Origin: an uncultured Verrucomicrobiae bacterium
GTDB lineage: Bacteria > Verrucomicrobiota > Verrucomicrobiia > Chthoniobacterales > JAFAMB01
Length of the DNA: 64,000 bases
Assembly (NCBI GenBank): GCA_963837955.1
Contig: CAWIPH010000002.1
Span: 352,001-416,000 of the forward strand
Reading direction: 5' to 3'
Position 1 is the first letter of the stretch; every line of letters starts with the position of its first letter. Positions 61,599 to 64,000 of this stretch are shown here, one piece after another. The position numbers and the translations under genes are program-made. The notes under the pieces are model-generated. The model did not search any database, had not been told where the DNA came from, and was given only the letters and a program-made list of their open reading frames with translations.

Positions 61599-62768
61599 CT
61601 AGGCCGTTTTCAACAGTTCCGCGAGCAGTTGTTTTTTGATCCCGAAGTGCTCCTGAAACTCCTTTGCCCGCTGCAGCAGCTCCTGGCGGTCGGAGTTTTT
61701 TGCTGACTTGGTCGCGATCATCAGGAGATTCCTCGCGGTATGCTCAGGGTCGACAAATTCTTGGAGACGTGTCGTATAGCCGTAGGCTTCCAAGTACAAA
61801 CAACGGAGCGAATCGGTAACCGCTTCGGTCATTCGATCGAGCTGAATTCCGTAACGGAAGAGCGGTTCGAAGCCAACCGGAGATTTCAGCTGCGGACGCA
61901 ACTCATGCTGACAACAAGGCGAAACAACGATCCAACGACATCCGGCTTGGATGCCCCGAAAGATTGCTTCGTCCGTAGCAGTATCGCAGGCGTGCAAAGC
62001 CACGAGCAAATCGACCGGCTCTAAGACGCTCTCCGAGATCTCGCCTTGTCGAAACTTAATCCCGGTATATCGCAAATCTTGAGCGATGGCGTTAGCGGCG
62101 TCAGTGAGTGCGGCTCTCCGCTCAATCCCAGTGGTTTGCACCTGTAGGCCCCGCTCCTGGAGATAGCGATGCAAAGCAAAGGTCAAATACCCTTTGCCGC
62201 AAGCCATATCAACGATACGAACCTGCTGTCCGGTAGGAGCGGATTGCAGCAGGGGTGCCACATTTTCGACAAACTGATGCACTTGGCGATACTTGTCTCC
62301 CATTTGCGCTCGAGGCCTGCCTTCCAAGTCAAGGATTTCCAGAGATTGGAGAAAACGTTCATCCTGCAACAATCGTTTCTTTGCCCGGTCGTGGTCGAGT
62401 GATCGGGCGGCTTCCGAACGATCGAGATCGGTTTCAGCTGAGCAATGTAGACGCGGCTTTCCTCGTCGATTGAATAGCAGCTGATAACGTTTGTCCGATG
62501 TAAAAAGCGAAGCCGCAAGACATGCTTGGCCCAGCCAGGTCCGAATCAAACCAAGGGCTTCAGGAACAGGGTGATTCTTGGTGACATCGTTGGTCTGGTA
62601 GCGATGAACGAAGCTGAGTCGTTTCCCTTCACTTACCTGGACCAGACGCACGTAAACATGTTCCGCGTCGGATAGTTCGCCGCGGAGTTTACCAAGTGTC
62701 AGTTTCCGAAAATTCTCTGTGGCCAGACTCTTTTGGAGCTCTTCCAGGAATTGATTCACCGCGTTCAC
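61599..62768 (-). CDS. SAM-dependent methyltransferase (Methyltransf_32-like)
   Basis: IVDMACGKGYLTF, ALHACDTATD, SPCCQHE; start approximate. Confidence 0.88.
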   Translation of the reverse strand: MNAVNQFLEELQKSLATENFRKLTLGKLRGELSDAEHVYVRLVQVSEGKRLSFVHRYQTNDVTKNHPVPEALGLIRTWLGQACLAASLFTSDKRYQLLFNRRGKPRLHCSAETDLDRSEAARSLDHDRAKKRLLQDERFLQSLEILDLEGRPRAQMGDKYRQVHQFVENVAPLLQSAPTGQQVRIVDMACGKGYLTFALHRYLQERGLQVQTTGIERRAALTDAANAIAQDLRYTGIKFRQGEISESVLEPVDLLVALHACDTATDEAIFRGIQAGCRWIVVSPCCQHELRPQLKSPVGFEPLFRYGIQLDRMTEAVTDSLRCLYLEAYGYTTRLQEFVDPEHTARNLLMIATKSAKNSDRQELLQRAKEFQEHFGIKKQLLAELLKTA

Positions 62769-62785
62769 GTCCACACCGACATGTT

Positions 62786-64000
62786 TCAAACGATTTCGAC
62801 CGGGCACTCTGGTAGCGCTTGCAGAAAGGCGCGGCCGTAAGTTTTGGAAAGTACCCGATTGTCGAGAATGACGACCATCCCTGTATCGGTCTTCGTCCGA
62901 ATGAGCCGGCCAACTCCCTGACGAAACTTGAGAACGGCTTCAGGCAAGGAATACTCGGAGAACGGATCCCCGCCGTTTGCTTCGATGTACTCCAGCCTCG
63001 CCTCGATGAGCGGATGATCTGGGACGGCAAACGGTAAACGGGTGATAATCACATTCGAAAGAGCCTCGCCGGGTACGTCGACCCCGGTCCAGAAACTATC
63101 GGTTCCAAAGAGGACGCCGTCGCTAGCGTTTTTGAACTCATTGAGCATGCGAGTTCGAGAGCGGCCCGGACCCTGCGCGAAAAAGCTGTACCGGCTGCGT
63201 AGGCGACTCTCCATCCGCTCGGCAACGCTCGAAAGAGTCTTGTAACTGGTGAACAAAACAAAGGCGCGGCCTTCGCTCCTCTCCAGAAAATGCCAAATCC
63301 AGTGTTCAAGGGCTTCTTCATATCGCTTGTCGCGCGGATCGGGCATTTTCTCTACGACGAACAACTTCATCTGCCGCTCATAATCGAATGGGCTCCCGAT
63401 TTGCAGGGCTTCAACATCCATAGCTCCTACCCGATTCCGAAAATAGGAGAGGCCGGGATCCCCAACCGAAAGTGTGGCGCTCGTCATGATGCAAAGGCGA
63501 TCTTCCGCGAATAACAAACGCTCCAGTGCGCCAGACATATCGATGGGAGCCGCATTGAGTGACAAGTATTGGCCGGTCTTTCCGGTCCGCTCCACCCAAT
63601 AAACGTGATTCTCCGGAGTCTGGCGGAGAAAGTCGCCGATCCCGAGTCGCGCGTCTCGAATCCGTCTGCCGGCTTCCTGCAGTTCGCTCTTGAGCTTATC
63701 GTCATCCGTTGCCTTCACGCTTGAGATGATGGCCGCCTGCACTCGGGAGAGGGCCATGCTGATGGTGTCGGGCACAAGCTCGGGTTGACGCACGCGAAAC
63801 TCGCGTCCCTTTTGGAAACTGACTGCTCCCTCAACGTGATCGAAAAATCGGTTTGCCATATCAAGCGTTTCCGCAGTCTCCCGGACCGCCTCGCCTTCGC
63901 GAAGCAAGGTGAAGAGCCCTTTTTGAGTTTTCGGGTTGTAGAGCCGGTGCAATGCCTGTCGCAATCCATATTGAGAGATCCCAATCCCGATTTGACGAGC
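62786..64000 (-). CDS. dinG: DinG/YoaA family helicase, C-terminal part (runs off window)
   Basis: TSATL, SPFDY, LFTSY, SFWTGVDVPG, RLPF, QGVGRLIR motifs; frame open to 64000. Confidence 0.9.
   Translation of the reverse strand, partial: ARQIGIGISQYGLRQALHRLYNPKTQKGLFTLLREGEAVRETAETLDMANRFFDHVEGAVSFQKGREFRVRQPELVPDTISMALSRVQAAIISSVKATDDDKLKSELQEAGRRIRDARLGIGDFLRQTPENHVYWVERTGKTGQYLSLNAAPIDMSGALERLLFAEDRLCIMTSATLSVGDPGLSYFRNRVGAMDVEALQIGSPFDYERQMKLFVVEKMPDPRDKRYEEALEHWIWHFLERSEGRAFVLFTSYKTLSSVAERMESRLRSRYSFFAQGPGRSRTRMLNEFKNASDGVLFGTDSFWTGVDVPGEALSNVIITRLPFAVPDHPLIEARLEYIEANGGDPFSEYSLPEAVLKFRQGVGRLIRTKTDTGMVVILDNRVLSKTYGRAFLQALPECPVEIV

Noticed and set aside
1..64000. CRISPR array or cas genes
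   Set aside because: No regularly spaced repeat-spacer run and no cas-like ORF seen

Overview
Bacterial chromosome segment of moderate GC, probably Verrucomicrobia (inferred from a TGTTC-N4-GAACA LexA box and the style of the integrase). Bases 1-21.2 kb are backbone: hutF-argE, a DUF1504 transporter, a NarL-type two-component pair divergent from a sigma54-preceded amtB, a 262-bp palindromic REPIN/MITE-like element, an epoxide hydrolase, and a locally duplicated block (two phosphoesterase paralogues, one with a TGG>TAG stop, plus NUDIX and hypothetical-gene remnants). Bases 21276-61373 are a ~40-kb genomic island integrated in tRNA-Cys(GCA), bounded by a 25-bp direct repeat, with a tyrosine integrase at the tRNA end and an excisionase-like HTH gene at the other. 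The island core (21.4-27 kb) is the most interesting part. It has a LexA-box promoter facing a small repressor-like gene, a recurring YGTTCTAG motif just upstream of core transcription units, and an orphan 5-hmdU-DNA-kinase-like (aGPT-Pplase1) gene. It also has a two-hairpin candidate sRNA whose single-stranded linker is complementary to the start codon of the 498-aa ORF immediately downstream, reminiscent of P4 CI / P1 C4 antisense control. No capsid, terminase, relaxase or T4SS genes were recognised. Island cargo includes an ankyrin-repeat protein, a PI-PLC-like enzyme, a PKD + permuted NlpC/P60 protein, a TULIP-like gene pair, a HEPN-like protein, a LysR/MBL/oxidoreductase module, a captured copy of the chromosomal NUDIX gene, and a ~418-bp direct repeat bracketing ~19 kb. 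The window ends with a SAM methyltransferase and a DinG-family helicase. Several single-base frameshifts, including one in hutF, may be assembly errors. All family calls are by motif recognition only; no searches were run.
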